From positions 220,342 to 284,341 of the forward strand of contig CAZEEV010000001.1 in assembly GCA_964511345.1 (NCBI GenBank): a stretch of 64,000 nt of DNA, in the 5' to 3' direction. The first letter of the stretch is position 1. Every line of letters starts with the position of its first letter. The notes under the pieces are model-generated. The model had not been told where the DNA came from. It saw only the letters and a program-made list of their open reading frames with translations, and did no database searches. Positions 10,394-20,547 of the stretch are shown piece after piece. A program made the position numbers and the translations under genes. This DNA is from an uncultured Pseudomonadales bacterium (GTDB lineage Bacteria; Patescibacteriota; Microgenomatia; UBA1400; PJMF01).

Positions 10394-11467
10394 CTATTTT
10401 TTAAGTTTAGCATGTCTTGCTATGGAGAGTAAGACTCCGCTTGCGAAAAATAGCATTAAAAGCGAAGATCCTCCTTGAGAAAAGAAGGGTAGCGGCATAC
10501 CACTTAAAGGCAGTAGCACTACTACAGCTGACAAGTTAAATAGCAATTGAATAGCTATCCAGGCTAAAATTCCATAATAAAGTAAATGTTCGTATTTACT
10601 TAAATCTTTATTTCTAACCATAGCATTAGCCAAAATAAAATAACAAGCAAACAGAGTAATGATGATAAAAGAACCAACAAAACCTATTTCTTCTGCCACG
10701 ATAGCAAAAATAGAATCACTACTGGCCTCTGGCACATAAGAATATTTTTGTTGAGAATTACCAATACCTCTACCTAACCATGAACCCCCACCTAAAGCCA
10801 AAGTAATTTGCCTGACATGATAAGAATCTTCCAAAACATTTTCCTCTGGATTTAAAAAAGTCGTCAATCTTTCTCTTCTGTAAGGACTAAATAAAACCAC
10901 TAATAGTGCTAATAAAAATCCGCCAGCAAATACCATTGATAAAAGTTTGATATTCGCACCTGATAAGAAATAGACAATTAAACTGCTAGCTACCAAAATC
11001 ATTAAAGATCCAAAATCTGGTTGCAATAAAATTAAAATAGTTGGCCATAATAAAAAAAACAGAAAACTTTTTAAATCCAATTTTTTGGATAATAAATAAG
11101 CATAAAAATTGATCAATACAAATTTAAAAATCTCCACTGGTTGCAAAGTACCAAAAGGTAAACTGATCCAACGACGAGCTCCATTTAATTTTAAACCTAT
11201 TCCTGGAATTAAAGTTAAAATTAACAATAAAATATTTAAAACATAAAAATGTAGCGCAAATTTTTCGAAATATTTAACTTTTATTCTGCTTGAAAAGAAA
11301 AACACCACAAAAGAAATCGCCAACCACAAAGCTTGTTGCTTAAAAAAATGATATTGATGTCCAAATAACTTAAAGCTTTCCACCGTAGACGCTTCAAAAA
11401 CAAAGAATAATCCGATCAAAGAAAGGGCAATGACTAAAAAATAAAAAAATTTAGAAGATGATGACAT
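10394..11467 (-). CDS. ftsW: SEDS protein FtsW (division cluster copy)
   Basis: 357 aa. SDSIFAIVAEEIGFVGS and PFFSQGGSS motifs, and a position between mraY and murG. Confidence 0.8.
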   Translation of the reverse strand: MSSSSKFFYFLVIALSLIGLFFVFEASTVESFKLFGHQYHFFKQQALWLAISFVVFFFSSRIKVKYFEKFALHFYVLNILLLILTLIPGIGLKLNGARRWISLPFGTLQPVEIFKFVLINFYAYLLSKKLDLKSFLFFLLWPTILILLQPDFGSLMILVASSLIVYFLSGANIKLLSMVFAGGFLLALLVVLFSPYRRERLTTFLNPEENVLEDSYHVRQITLALGGGSWLGRGIGNSQQKYSYVPEASSDSIFAIVAEEIGFVGSFIIITLFACYFILANAMVRNKDLSKYEHLLYYGILAWIAIQLLFNLSAVVVLLPLSGMPLPFFSQGGSSLLMLFFASGVLLSIARHAKLKK

Positions 11468-11485
11468 GGGTTCTTAATCAGCTAT

Positions 11486-12529
11486 TTAAATCACCGCCAA
11501 CCACACTCCAAAAATCGTCAGCATAATTTGCAACAACCAAGCTCGTTGTACAATTTTTGGCTCCTCCCAGCCTCTTTCTTGAAAAGTTAAATGAAGTGGG
11601 GCAGCTGGCATAATTTTTTTCTTAAAATATTTTTTAGCTATTAATTGAATTAAAGAACTGGCAATTTCTGCCACAAAAATAAAACTGATGATCACTAAAG
11701 CTACTACTTTACCCAATAACAAACCAACCACTGCTAAAGTTGCACCAAAAGCTAATGAACCAACATCACCCATAAAAATTCTGGCCGGAAAAACATTGAA
11801 GTAAAGAAAAGAAACTAAAGCTCCTAACCACAATGCTAGAAACACTGACAGAGGCACATCTAAAATTGTTGATGACAAAATCCATAGACCAAAAGAAGAA
11901 AACAATAATAAGCCAGAAGCAAGACCGTCTAAACCATCTGTGATATTAACAGCATTGGCAAAAGCCACAATTACAAAGGCAGCAAAGGGAATATAAAAAT
12001 AACCTAATTGCAGAGTGCCAATAAAAGGAATGTGTAAAATAGAAATTTCTAACTGGAAATAAATCATGCAGGAAATAATAACTGCCAAAACTACTTGTAG
12101 AATCAATTTTTGACGCATGCGCAAACCAAAAAACTTACTGTCATTGAAACGGAAAAATTTTTTAATATCGTCATAAAGACCCAAAATCGCAAAAGATAAA
12201 AAAGTAAAAAACAAAATGTTAACTTCAGCTTGACTATTGCGATGAATACTCGTCACCTCAATGCCAAAGTAATTAAGGGCTGGAATCATCAAAGCAAAAA
12301 GTAAAGAAACCATTATCACCACTAATAAACCTCCGCCAACTGGTACGCCAGCTTTGCTAGAGTGAAACTTATCAAAAATAGGCGTACGTTTGCCAAAGGC
12401 ATCTAAGGTTTTTTGATCCTGACGACGAAAACGTAATTTATAAAGTAAATTAATGAATGGCACTACTGCGCTACTAGTTAAAGTAAAAGAAAAAATTAAA
12501 ATCCCTAAAAAAAGTGCTAGCGATCCCAT
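11486..12529 (-). CDS. mraY: Phospho-N-acetylmuramoyl-pentapeptide transferase MraY
   Basis: 347 aa. NAVNITDGLDGLA and MGDVGSLAFGATLAV motifs. Confidence 0.9.
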   Translation of the reverse strand: MGSLALFLGILIFSFTLTSSAVVPFINLLYKLRFRRQDQKTLDAFGKRTPIFDKFHSSKAGVPVGGGLLVVIMVSLLFALMIPALNYFGIEVTSIHRNSQAEVNILFFTFLSFAILGLYDDIKKFFRFNDSKFFGLRMRQKLILQVVLAVIISCMIYFQLEISILHIPFIGTLQLGYFYIPFAAFVIVAFANAVNITDGLDGLASGLLLFSSFGLWILSSTILDVPLSVFLALWLGALVSFLYFNVFPARIFMGDVGSLAFGATLAVVGLLLGKVVALVIISFIFVAEIASSLIQLIAKKYFKKKIMPAAPLHLTFQERGWEEPKIVQRAWLLQIMLTIFGVWLAVI

Positions 12530-13851
12530 GTTGTCCTTTCAATCTTGGCTCCCATCAAAATTAATTTTTCATCTATTTTTTGATAACCGCGTTCAACTTG
12601 CTCAATATTATGCAAAATAGTTTTGCCCTTAGCCCCAATAGCTGCCAACAAAATAGTAGCGCCAGCTCGCAAATCATGAATAGTAAATTCACCTCCTCTG
12701 AAATCTGTCGGGCCAGAAATTTTAATGGCATGGCGATCACTTTCAAGATGATCCTGCCAATTAAAATTGTAGAGTTCCTCTGGATTTTTTACTGTTGGAT
12801 TAAAATATTCAATTTTAGCTCCCATTGCCTTTAAATCTTCCACATATTGAAAGCGATTTTGCATCACAGTTTCGTGAATAATACTTTCACCATGACATTG
12901 GCAGAGCAGAGTAGCAAAAAGAGGTTGCCAATCAGTCATAAATCCAGGATGAATTTCTGTTTCTACGTCGGTAGCTTGCAATGGTCCCTTATAAAAGAAA
13001 CGAATACCGTAGTCACCAATTTCATAACCCGCCCCAATTTCATCCAACTTATTCAAAAAAGCTTTTAAATCATTATGTCTAGCATTCTCCACCACAATAT
13101 CGCCCCTGCTAGCAATAGCCGCACAAGCATAACTAACTGCTTCGTTGCGATCTGGCATAATCTTATGAATTGCTCCATTCAATTTTTCAACGCCATCAAT
13201 TTCAATTTTTCTAAAAGAGCGACGGCGAATTTTAGCTCCCATTTGATTAAGGAAGAGAATTAAATCATCGATTTCTGGCTCCTCAGCAGCATTTTCCAAA
13301 ATTGTTTTACCTTTGGCTAATACAGCAGCCATAATTAAAGTTTCGGTTCCAGTATGAGTATTTTTTTCAAAACGATAAGTACAACCTTTAAGTTGTTTAC
13401 AAGTGGCTTTTAAAATTCCATCTTCTTGAGTAAACTGAGCTCCCATTAATTCTAGGCCCATCATATGTCTCTCTAAAGGACGTTTACCAATTTTATCTCC
13501 ACCTGGCAGTGGAACTTCAGCATGACCAAATTTAGCCAGAAGAGCTGGAATAAAAAGAGTGGAAGCACGAGATTGCTCGCCATGATTTTGCTGAATGCCA
13601 GAGAAACGAAAATTTTTAGGATTAATAATAAAAGTACGCTCACCAACGCGATGTGCCCCTGCTCCAAGCTCGTTGATAATCTGTGCCACTAAATCAACAT
13701 CAGAAATATCTGGCAAATTTAATAAACGACTTTCAGCGCTACCAAGCAAAGCCGCAATCATTAACTTATAAGAAGCATTTTTAGCTCCACCAACTCTTAC
13801 CGAACCATAAAGAGGAGTTCCCCCCGTAACTATGAAGCTTGCTTTAGACAT
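12517..13851 (-). CDS. murA: UDP-N-acetylglucosamine 1-carboxyvinyltransferase MurA
   Basis: 444 aa. FIVTGGTPLYGSVRVGGAKNASYKLMIAALL N-terminus. It overlaps the mraY start by 13 nt. Confidence 0.9.
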   Translation of the reverse strand: MSKASFIVTGGTPLYGSVRVGGAKNASYKLMIAALLGSAESRLLNLPDISDVDLVAQIINELGAGAHRVGERTFIINPKNFRFSGIQQNHGEQSRASTLFIPALLAKFGHAEVPLPGGDKIGKRPLERHMMGLELMGAQFTQEDGILKATCKQLKGCTYRFEKNTHTGTETLIMAAVLAKGKTILENAAEEPEIDDLILFLNQMGAKIRRRSFRKIEIDGVEKLNGAIHKIMPDRNEAVSYACAAIASRGDIVVENARHNDLKAFLNKLDEIGAGYEIGDYGIRFFYKGPLQATDVETEIHPGFMTDWQPLFATLLCQCHGESIIHETVMQNRFQYVEDLKAMGAKIEYFNPTVKNPEELYNFNWQDHLESDRHAIKISGPTDFRGGEFTIHDLRAGATILLAAIGAKGKTILHNIEQVERGYQKIDEKLILMGAKIERTTWDR

Positions 13852-13873
13852 ATTTTTCTTTCCTTCTAAAACC

Positions 13874-14848
13874 CTAGGTTAAATAAAAAACTTCCTCTTT
13901 TAGAATAACATTAAATTTCTCTAAAACCACTGCCTTAACCTTGGCTACTAATTTCTTGACGTCACTGGCCTTGCCATTTCCTAAATTTACAAAAAAAGCA
14001 GAATGTTTTTCACTTACTTGAATACCTCCTTCTCTCGTACCTTTAAGACCAGCTTGTTCAATTAAAAAACCAGATGGAATGAATTCCGCTTCGCTGAATT
14101 TCGGAAAAAGTTTTTTTAACTCATCGGTATTACGAGGATTTTGAAAAACACAACCGCAACTTGGCATATTTAGAGGTTGGCGAGACTCACGTCTTTCCAT
14201 TGAATCTTTAATTGTTGTTTTAATTTTCTCTGGATCATCTTTTTTTAATGCAAAAACTGCAGAAAAAATTAATAGATCTTTATTTTTTTGAAAAATGGAT
14301 TGCTCATAAGCAAAATCACAATTTTCATGTGAAAATGTAACAATTTCTCCTTTTTTCACGTCAAAAGCTTCAACTTCCTTAATATGATTGCCAATTAAGT
14401 TGTCCAAATAATGAGCATTGTTATAAATCGCTCCACCTAATGTTCCTGGCACACCAATAAAACCTTCTAGACCACTGCCACCTCTATTAGCCGTTTGCGC
14501 CACCAAATAAGCAGTTTTCATACCAGCGTCAGCTCGAACAATCAATTCCTGATCATTGTCATTAATAATCTCAAGCTCCTTAAAATCTAGGCTTAAAACT
14601 AAACCTCTTAAACCCTCATCAGCAATAATTACATTACTGGCTCCACCTAAAATATAAAATTTAATATTTTGTTTGTGACAAAAAGATAACAAATCTGCTG
14701 CCTCTTGGCGACTCTTGGCACTATAAAAAACCTCTGCATTACCACCAATTTTGAAATAACTTTTCGAGGCAAGCGGATAATTAAAAAGGAAGTCTAGGGA
14801 AGGAAAATTTTGCTTAAAAAGCTGTTCTAAATTCATAGTCTTTTTCAT
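13874..14848 (-). CDS. murB: UDP-N-acetylenolpyruvoylglucosamine reductase MurB
   Basis: 324 aa. FAD-binding FKIGGNAEVF..ILGGASN and C-terminal SAFFVNLGNGKASDV motifs typical of MurB. Confidence 0.85.
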   Translation of the reverse strand: MKKTMNLEQLFKQNFPSLDFLFNYPLASKSYFKIGGNAEVFYSAKSRQEAADLLSFCHKQNIKFYILGGASNVIIADEGLRGLVLSLDFKELEIINDNDQELIVRADAGMKTAYLVAQTANRGGSGLEGFIGVPGTLGGAIYNNAHYLDNLIGNHIKEVEAFDVKKGEIVTFSHENCDFAYEQSIFQKNKDLLIFSAVFALKKDDPEKIKTTIKDSMERRESRQPLNMPSCGCVFQNPRNTDELKKLFPKFSEAEFIPSGFLIEQAGLKGTREGGIQVSEKHSAFFVNLGNGKASDVKKLVAKVKAVVLEKFNVILKEEVFYLT

Positions 14849-14896
14849 TCTATCACGAGATGTGATTATACAAATAAGGTTTATAATGAGAGCGCA

Positions 14897-15574
14897 ATGG
14901 AAATTATAAAACCAGGTTTATATTTGGTTGATAAACCAAGCGGTCCGAGTAGTCACGCCATTGTTAATTATTTCAGAAAAAAAAGCGGCATTAAAAGAGT
15001 GGGACATTGTGGCACCCTAGATCCGCTTGCCTCCGGCTTACTTATTATTCTCGTCGGTCGAGAATATACCAAACAACAAAATCTTTATTTAAAAAAAGAT
15101 AAAGAATATCTAGTACAAGCCCAACTAGGAATTGAAACTGATACTTACGATAAAACTGGCAAAATAATCAAGCAAGTAGAGTGGCAAGAACTAAAACAAA
15201 TTAATAAAAAAGATTTATTAAATATTCTGCCTGAGTTTAAAGGTAAAATTAAACAAACAGTCCCAATTTTTTCCGCCGTGAAAATTAAAGGACAAAAACT
15301 TTACCAAAAAGCCAGAAGGGGAGAAAAGGTTATCTTGCCAAGTCGAGAAATCAATATCACTAAATTAACTCTCAAAGACTTTAAGAAAGACGTGAAAAAC
15401 CAAATTATCAGCTTCGAGCTTTTGGTTGCTTGTTCAAGTGGTACCTACATCAGATCTCTCATTCACGATTTGGGGGAAAAACTAAAAGTTGGAGCACACG
15501 TCACAATACTACGTCGCACCAAAATTGATAAATTTCACGTGAAAAAAAGTATTTCTATTAATTGGGATAGTTAG
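14897..15574 (+). CDS. truB: tRNA pseudouridine(55) synthase TruB
   Basis: 225 aa. GHCGTLDPLASGLLIILVG catalytic-Asp motif. Confidence 0.85.
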   Translation: MEIIKPGLYLVDKPSGPSSHAIVNYFRKKSGIKRVGHCGTLDPLASGLLIILVGREYTKQQNLYLKKDKEYLVQAQLGIETDTYDKTGKIIKQVEWQELKQINKKDLLNILPEFKGKIKQTVPIFSAVKIKGQKLYQKARRGEKVILPSREINITKLTLKDFKKDVKNQIISFELLVACSSGTYIRSLIHDLGEKLKVGAHVTILRRTKIDKFHVKKSISINWDS

Positions 15575-16148
15575 CTTTAGTCACAGCGCTAATGGCTGCC
15601 GGTGGCCAATATCTGAAAAAGACTCTGCCAATGATATCGTCTTTAGTAATCGCTCCCCAAGCTCTGGAATCACTTGAATATGGACGGTTGTCTCCTGAGA
15701 CGAAAAATTCATTGGGTCCTAAATAAACACTTTTATCTTTAGTGGCGTTGCCAGGTAAAATGGGGAAATCACTAGGAATATATGGTTCTGGTAATTGATT
15801 GCCATTGACCCAAATCGCATTATTTTTTACTTCAACAGTGTCACCTGGTACTCCCAAAATACGCTTAATGAAATCGCAACCAGTGCCTTCTGGACAATGA
15901 GCAGCTGGAGGAGCGTGAAAAACCACGATCTCTCCACGTTGCGGATCCCTCATTTTATAAGACACTTTATCGGTTAAAACATGTTCTCCGTCCTGAAAAT
16001 TAGGCACCATAGATTGACCATTAACCTGATGTGGTTGCAAGAAAAATAAATAAACCACCAAAAAAATCGAAAAAGAAATAGCCATGGTTTCAATTAAGTC
16101 TAGAAAAGTGGCACCAATTTTTTGAAAAACGTTTTGCATAACAGCCAA
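15558..16148 (-). CDS. lepB: Signal peptidase I
   Basis: 196 aa. GQSMVP (Ser box), RILGVPGD, and GDNRPYSSDSRAWG (box E). Confidence 0.85.
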   Translation of the reverse strand: MAVMQNVFQKIGATFLDLIETMAISFSIFLVVYLFFLQPHQVNGQSMVPNFQDGEHVLTDKVSYKMRDPQRGEIVVFHAPPAAHCPEGTGCDFIKRILGVPGDTVEVKNNAIWVNGNQLPEPYIPSDFPILPGNATKDKSVYLGPNEFFVSGDNRPYSSDSRAWGAITKDDIIGRVFFRYWPPAAISAVTKANYPN

Positions 16149-16173
16149 TATGTTACTACTTTTCTAAGCCTGC

Positions 16174-17433
16174 TTGCAAGCATTATTGTTTATACCTACA
16201 ATAAGACCTGTGCATTATCAAAAACACGCTATTGCTGGCTTTAGTTGGCAAACCTTACAAAAGATCTTTCTTACTGGTTTGAGTTTTTTGAAAATTTTCA
16301 TTTTAGCCAGACTACTGAGTCCAGAGCAATTTGGCTTATTTTCTTTAATCATGATTGCTTTGGGAACGACTGAGAGTATTACTCAAACCGGAGTAAATAC
16401 CACTATTTTACAGTCTAAGCAACCTATTAAATATTTTTTAGATACTGCTTTTGTGATTGCCATCATTAGAGGTTTTGTGATTGGCTCTTTAATGATCGTC
16501 ATGGGCTATCTAATGAGCAATTACTATCACGAGCCTGCTTTATTCCCCATGATAGCAGTCATTGCTCTAGTACCGATCATCAAAGGCTTCATTAATCCTG
16601 CAATCGTTAGTTGGCAAAAAAACTTTGAATTTGCTAAAGACAGTTTTTATTCTTCTTTGAGGATGACTGTCGAAATTTTGGCACAGATCGCTTTAGCATT
16701 TTTAATGCACTCTGTCTGGGCTTTGGTTTTAGGAGTCATTGTTGGTGCAATTTTTGAGGTCTGTCTATCTTTCATTATGTTACAAGAAAAACCTGTTTTT
16801 CATTACATTAAGAGTCGGGGCGTGGCCATTTTCAAAAACGCTCGCTGGCTAAGTTTAAGTAGTTTGCTGAGCTATTTAAATGACAACGTAGATGATTTTT
16901 TACTGGGCAAAATTGTAGGCACTCATCGCTTGGGAATTTATCATAATGCCTATGCTCTCAGTCATAAAGTAAATTATGAACTCTCTAAGTCCGCCTATCA
17001 TGGCATCATGCCCATTTTCAACAAAATGACACAAAATGACGAAAATTTGCGACTTAAAAGAGCGTTTTTTAAATCGTTTTTTGCAACTTTAGCAATTGTG
17101 ACATTAATCTCTGTCCCACTCATCTTCTTTCCTGAATTTTTAGTAAATTTTCTCCTAGGTGAGCAATGGCTAGAGGCCATTGATATCTTGCGCATCTTAA
17201 CTTTGGCCGGTTTAGTGCACACTATGGCCAACCTCTGTTATGCTCTGATTATTGCTAAAAAAAAGTATCTTTATCTAAACGCTCACATGATTGTATCTTT
17301 AACTTTACTTATATCTGGAATCATTATTTTAGGCAACAAATATGGTCTAATGGGAGCTGTTTATGCTATCTTTATTTCCAGATTGATCTCTCTACCAATT
17401 GCTCTAGCTGGAGTTAAAAAGAGTTTAGAATAA
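16174..17433 (+). CDS. Polysaccharide/oligosaccharide flippase (MOP/Wzx-like)
   Basis: 419 aa with about 12 TM segments. Its composition resembles the polysaccharide biosynthesis protein family, and it is followed by an O-antigen-ligase-like gene. The start may lie downstream of the listed ORF start. Confidence 0.55.
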   Translation: MQALLFIPTIRPVHYQKHAIAGFSWQTLQKIFLTGLSFLKIFILARLLSPEQFGLFSLIMIALGTTESITQTGVNTTILQSKQPIKYFLDTAFVIAIIRGFVIGSLMIVMGYLMSNYYHEPALFPMIAVIALVPIIKGFINPAIVSWQKNFEFAKDSFYSSLRMTVEILAQIALAFLMHSVWALVLGVIVGAIFEVCLSFIMLQEKPVFHYIKSRGVAIFKNARWLSLSSLLSYLNDNVDDFLLGKIVGTHRLGIYHNAYALSHKVNYELSKSAYHGIMPIFNKMTQNDENLRLKRAFFKSFFATLAIVTLISVPLIFFPEFLVNFLLGEQWLEAIDILRILTLAGLVHTMANLCYALIIAKKKYLYLNAHMIVSLTLLISGIIILGNKYGLMGAVYAIFISRLISLPIALAGVKKSLE

Positions 17434-17434
17434 T

Positions 17435-18550
17435 ATGAAATTCTTTCTAATTAGTTTAGTATTTTTACTATCTTTGGGACAATTACAAAGAATTCAGATC
17501 ACCAATAATCTTGCATTTTATTTGCATGATTTACTAATCGTTGGTTTTTTGCTAAAAGAACTTTTTGCAGGAAATTTGCAAAGAAAAAAAATTATTGAAA
17601 ACGCAAAAAAAATAATTAAAAAGCAAAAAAAAATCATTTTTCTTTTTTTCATCGTGGTTTTCTTATCTTGGATCTTAGCTTTATTAGAAAATAGATTCGA
17701 TCCAAGAGCAATTTTATATTTAAGTCGCTTAAGTGCTTATTTTGCTTTCATCATCATCTTACAAAAGCAATTAAAAAATAAAAGTTTATTGTGGCGAATT
17801 ATTTCTTTTAATATTTTATTGCTTGGATTTTTGCAATATTTTTTCTTGCCGGATTTGCGGTTTTTAATTTATGAAGGCTATGACGATCATCTTTATCGTT
17901 TAACTAGCACCATCTTAGATCCAGCTTTCACTGGCTTAATTTTTGTTTTTAACCTGAATTATTATTTGTGGCAAAAAAAGAAAAATTACTTACTCATTGG
18001 CTTATTTGCCATTGGCTTATTACTCACTTACTCAAGAGCGTCTTATTTGGCTTTTGGCTTGAGTAGCTTGTTAATGATTTTTCTTAACAAGGAAATTAGC
18101 AAAAAAGCTATCTTTTTAATTCTGTTTTGCTTTTGTTTGACTATGCCTTTTTTACCAAAAAAGAGTGGTGGAGACGGAGTAAATTTACTCAGAACTGTTT
18201 CAGCGCAAAAAAGAATTAACAATGATCAAGAAATTCTGCAAAGTATGACTGGTGCACAATGGTTGTTTGGTCAAGGATTATTTATTCCAGCTAAAAATAG
18301 AGTTTTCACTGAAAATATTCCCAGTCATTCTCATTTTGCTGATAATTTGTTGGTATTTCTAATCAGTAATCTAGGTATCGTTGGCAGTGCCATTTTATTA
18401 ATATCTTTTTTCAAGTTCGCCATTAAAAACCAATCGGTAGAACAAAAAATTTTGACAACAAGTTTGACCACTCATGCCATGTTTAATTACAGCCTCACTC
18501 AAAGTTTTGTCGTGCTAATCTTCTTAGGATTGTATTTTTCGAGAGATTAA
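17435..18550 (+). CDS. O-antigen ligase/polymerase-like (Wzy_C domain) membrane protein
   Basis: 371 aa polytopic protein. LLTYSRASYLAFGLSSLL is typical of the O-antigen ligase domain, and there is a large periplasmic loop. Confidence 0.55.
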   Translation: MKFFLISLVFLLSLGQLQRIQITNNLAFYLHDLLIVGFLLKELFAGNLQRKKIIENAKKIIKKQKKIIFLFFIVVFLSWILALLENRFDPRAILYLSRLSAYFAFIIILQKQLKNKSLLWRIISFNILLLGFLQYFFLPDLRFLIYEGYDDHLYRLTSTILDPAFTGLIFVFNLNYYLWQKKKNYLLIGLFAIGLLLTYSRASYLAFGLSSLLMIFLNKEISKKAIFLILFCFCLTMPFLPKKSGGDGVNLLRTVSAQKRINNDQEILQSMTGAQWLFGQGLFIPAKNRVFTENIPSHSHFADNLLVFLISNLGIVGSAILLISFFKFAIKNQSVEQKILTTSLTTHAMFNYSLTQSFVVLIFLGLYFSRD

Positions 18551-19311
18551 AATCTAAATTCAACTTCGATTTTCTTTTGTGTTTTATTAGTAGCCTTATC
18601 AATGGCTTCAAACTCTAGCTCATTTTTACCTTCATTTAAATAGTAGTTGGTGGAAAAATTACCTTCGCTGTCAGCTAAAACCATTCTGCCATTTACCAAA
18701 ACTTTAGCGTTCGCCTCTGTTTTGCCTTTGATGGTGGTGGTGCGATTTTTTTTCAATTCAATCACGGCGCCATCTTTTGGCTCTTCAATTTCCAAAATTG
18801 GTAACTCAGAATCCTTGGCAATTAGGTAAGAGCGAGTTTTAAGTGACTCATTGCCAGCTTCATCTACTCCAAAAATTGACAGTTCGTTTTCTCCATCAGA
18901 TAGGGCTAATTCATGCTCAAATTGTCCTTCCTCGGAAACTATGATTTCTGCACTTTTGGCAGAATTAAGCAAAAAAATCACTCTGCTTTTGGGTTCAGCA
19001 AAACCTTTCAAATTTAAACTCGCAGAAAAAGTCGCTTCGACTGGATTGCTAGCTAAAACTGGCACTTGAGGAGGAACAGTGTCCTTTTCCACCATAGGAG
19101 AATCTTTATCGATAATGGCAAAAAATAACCTAATTAAACTAGGCATGATCAAAAAAACAAATAGCAGCAAAATAACAATACCAAAAAATAGAAAATAAAA
19201 AGTTTGTTTTTGAATTTTACTTTTTTCTCTTTTAACTAAACGAGAAGAAGCGAAGTTTTTTTTATCGGCTTTTTTTTGATAAATTGAAGAATAGCGACGA
19301 GAATTAAACAT
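18547..19311 (-). CDS. Hypothetical membrane-anchored protein with predicted beta-rich (Ig-like) extracytoplasmic repeats
   Basis: 254 aa. Basic N-terminus, one TM (FYFLFFGIVILLLFVFLI), then strand-rich repeats. No recognisable motif. Confidence 0.3.
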   Translation of the reverse strand: MFNSRRYSSIYQKKADKKNFASSRLVKREKSKIQKQTFYFLFFGIVILLLFVFLIMPSLIRLFFAIIDKDSPMVEKDTVPPQVPVLASNPVEATFSASLNLKGFAEPKSRVIFLLNSAKSAEIIVSEEGQFEHELALSDGENELSIFGVDEAGNESLKTRSYLIAKDSELPILEIEEPKDGAVIELKKNRTTTIKGKTEANAKVLVNGRMVLADSEGNFSTNYYLNEGKNELEFEAIDKATNKTQKKIEVEFRF

Positions 19312-19315
19312 GTTT

Positions 19316-20452
19316 TTATCTTACCACAACTCGCTTCACAGATTCAGCTAAATTAACCAATAATTCATATGGAATTACCTTGATTAATTTGGCATTTTCA
19401 AGAAGATTGTTTTTGTCTGTAATCTTAGACGAATAAATAATGACTTTTTCACCAATTTTTGGATTTTTCAATTTAGAAATATCAACACTAGTCATATTCA
19501 TTGAGACTCGACCAATAATCGGACAATAAATATTTCTAATTTTCACGCAACCAAGATTCGATAACCCTCTATGAACCCCTTCATAATAACCAGCTGGCAA
19601 CAAACCAATAGTCATATCTTTTTTTGCTTGAAAAGTGCAATTATAACCAACCAAATCACCTTTAGAAATTTTTTTAATTTGCACCAGGGTGGAAGAAAAT
19701 TCTAAGGCTGGTTTGAGTGCAATTTTGTTTTTGTCGGCATCATTTTGAGCTAAAGGATTGATACCATAATGCGCCAAACCAACTCTTAGCATATTAAAAG
19801 CTTTATCTTTAACTTTAAAGGCTCCGCCTGAAGCCGAAATATGTCGCCATTTAGGATCAATGCCAAATTCTTGCATAATTTCTAAAGCTTTTTTAAAAGT
19901 TTCAATTTGCTGTTTAGTAAATTCTAGAGAGGACGGATTGTCTGCATCAGCGAAATGCGAGCATAAACCTGTCGCTTTTAAGTTGCGCAGTTTTTTAATC
20001 TCGGCTAAAAATTGAGGAAGATCGGCAATTTTGACACCTTCGCGATTCATGCCTGTATCGACAAAAATATGGACAGAACATCTAGCCTGATATCTGTTAA
20101 GTATTTTCGCTAAATCTAGATCAAAAACAGCGATTTCAAAAGGCAGTTTTTTCACTTTAAAATTCTCTGGAGCGGTGTAGCCCATGATCAGAACTGGTGT
20201 TTTGACTTTTAATTTGTAAAGCTCGTAAGCCTCAAACAAACTATCAACAATTAAAAATGGGCTACCCATGGCATCAAAAATTGTGGCAGTCTCTTTTAAA
20301 CCATGGCCATAGGCATTGCTTTTTAAAACAGGGCAGACTTTAGCTTCTTGATGGAGAGCTTGAATTTTTTGATGATTGGCGAGTAGAGCAGATTTAGAAA
20401 CGGAAATTTTATTTAGGTTCTGGTAGGAACGTTTTTGTAAAAAGCGAAACAT
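19316..20452 (-). CDS. alr: Alanine racemase
   Basis: VLKSNAYGHGL PLP-lysine motif. The ORF track starts at a TTG at 20464; the first ATG is at 20452 (MFRFLQKRS...), which avoids overlap with tRNA-Thr. Confidence 0.85.
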   Translation of the reverse strand: MFRFLQKRSYQNLNKISVSKSALLANHQKIQALHQEAKVCPVLKSNAYGHGLKETATIFDAMGSPFLIVDSLFEAYELYKLKVKTPVLIMGYTAPENFKVKKLPFEIAVFDLDLAKILNRYQARCSVHIFVDTGMNREGVKIADLPQFLAEIKKLRNLKATGLCSHFADADNPSSLEFTKQQIETFKKALEIMQEFGIDPKWRHISASGGAFKVKDKAFNMLRVGLAHYGINPLAQNDADKNKIALKPALEFSSTLVQIKKISKGDLVGYNCTFQAKKDMTIGLLPAGYYEGVHRGLSNLGCVKIRNIYCPIIGRVSMNMTSVDISKLKNPKIGEKVIIYSSKITDKNNLLENAKLIKVIPYELLVNLAESVKRVVVR

Positions 20453-20458
20453 ATGCTG

Positions 20459-20531
20459 AGCCAAAGGTGGGAATCGAACCCACGACCGACGGTTTACGAT
20501 ACCGTTGCTCTACCAACTGAGCTACTTTGGC
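20459..20531 (-). tRNA. tRNA-Thr (anticodon CGU)
   Basis: Hand-folded cloverleaf: acceptor GCCAAAG/CTTTGGC, D arm GCTC..GAGC, anticodon loop AUCGUAA, T arm GTGGG-TTCGATT-CCCAC. CCA is not encoded. Confidence 0.85.
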
Positions 20532-20547
20532 ACCTAGATTCTATCAC

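Noticed and set aside
19316-20464. alr start at 20464 overlapping tRNA-Thr
   Set aside because: The ORF track begins at a TTG. The first ATG (20452) gives a normal Alr N-terminus and removes the overlap with the tRNA, so the shorter coordinates are used.
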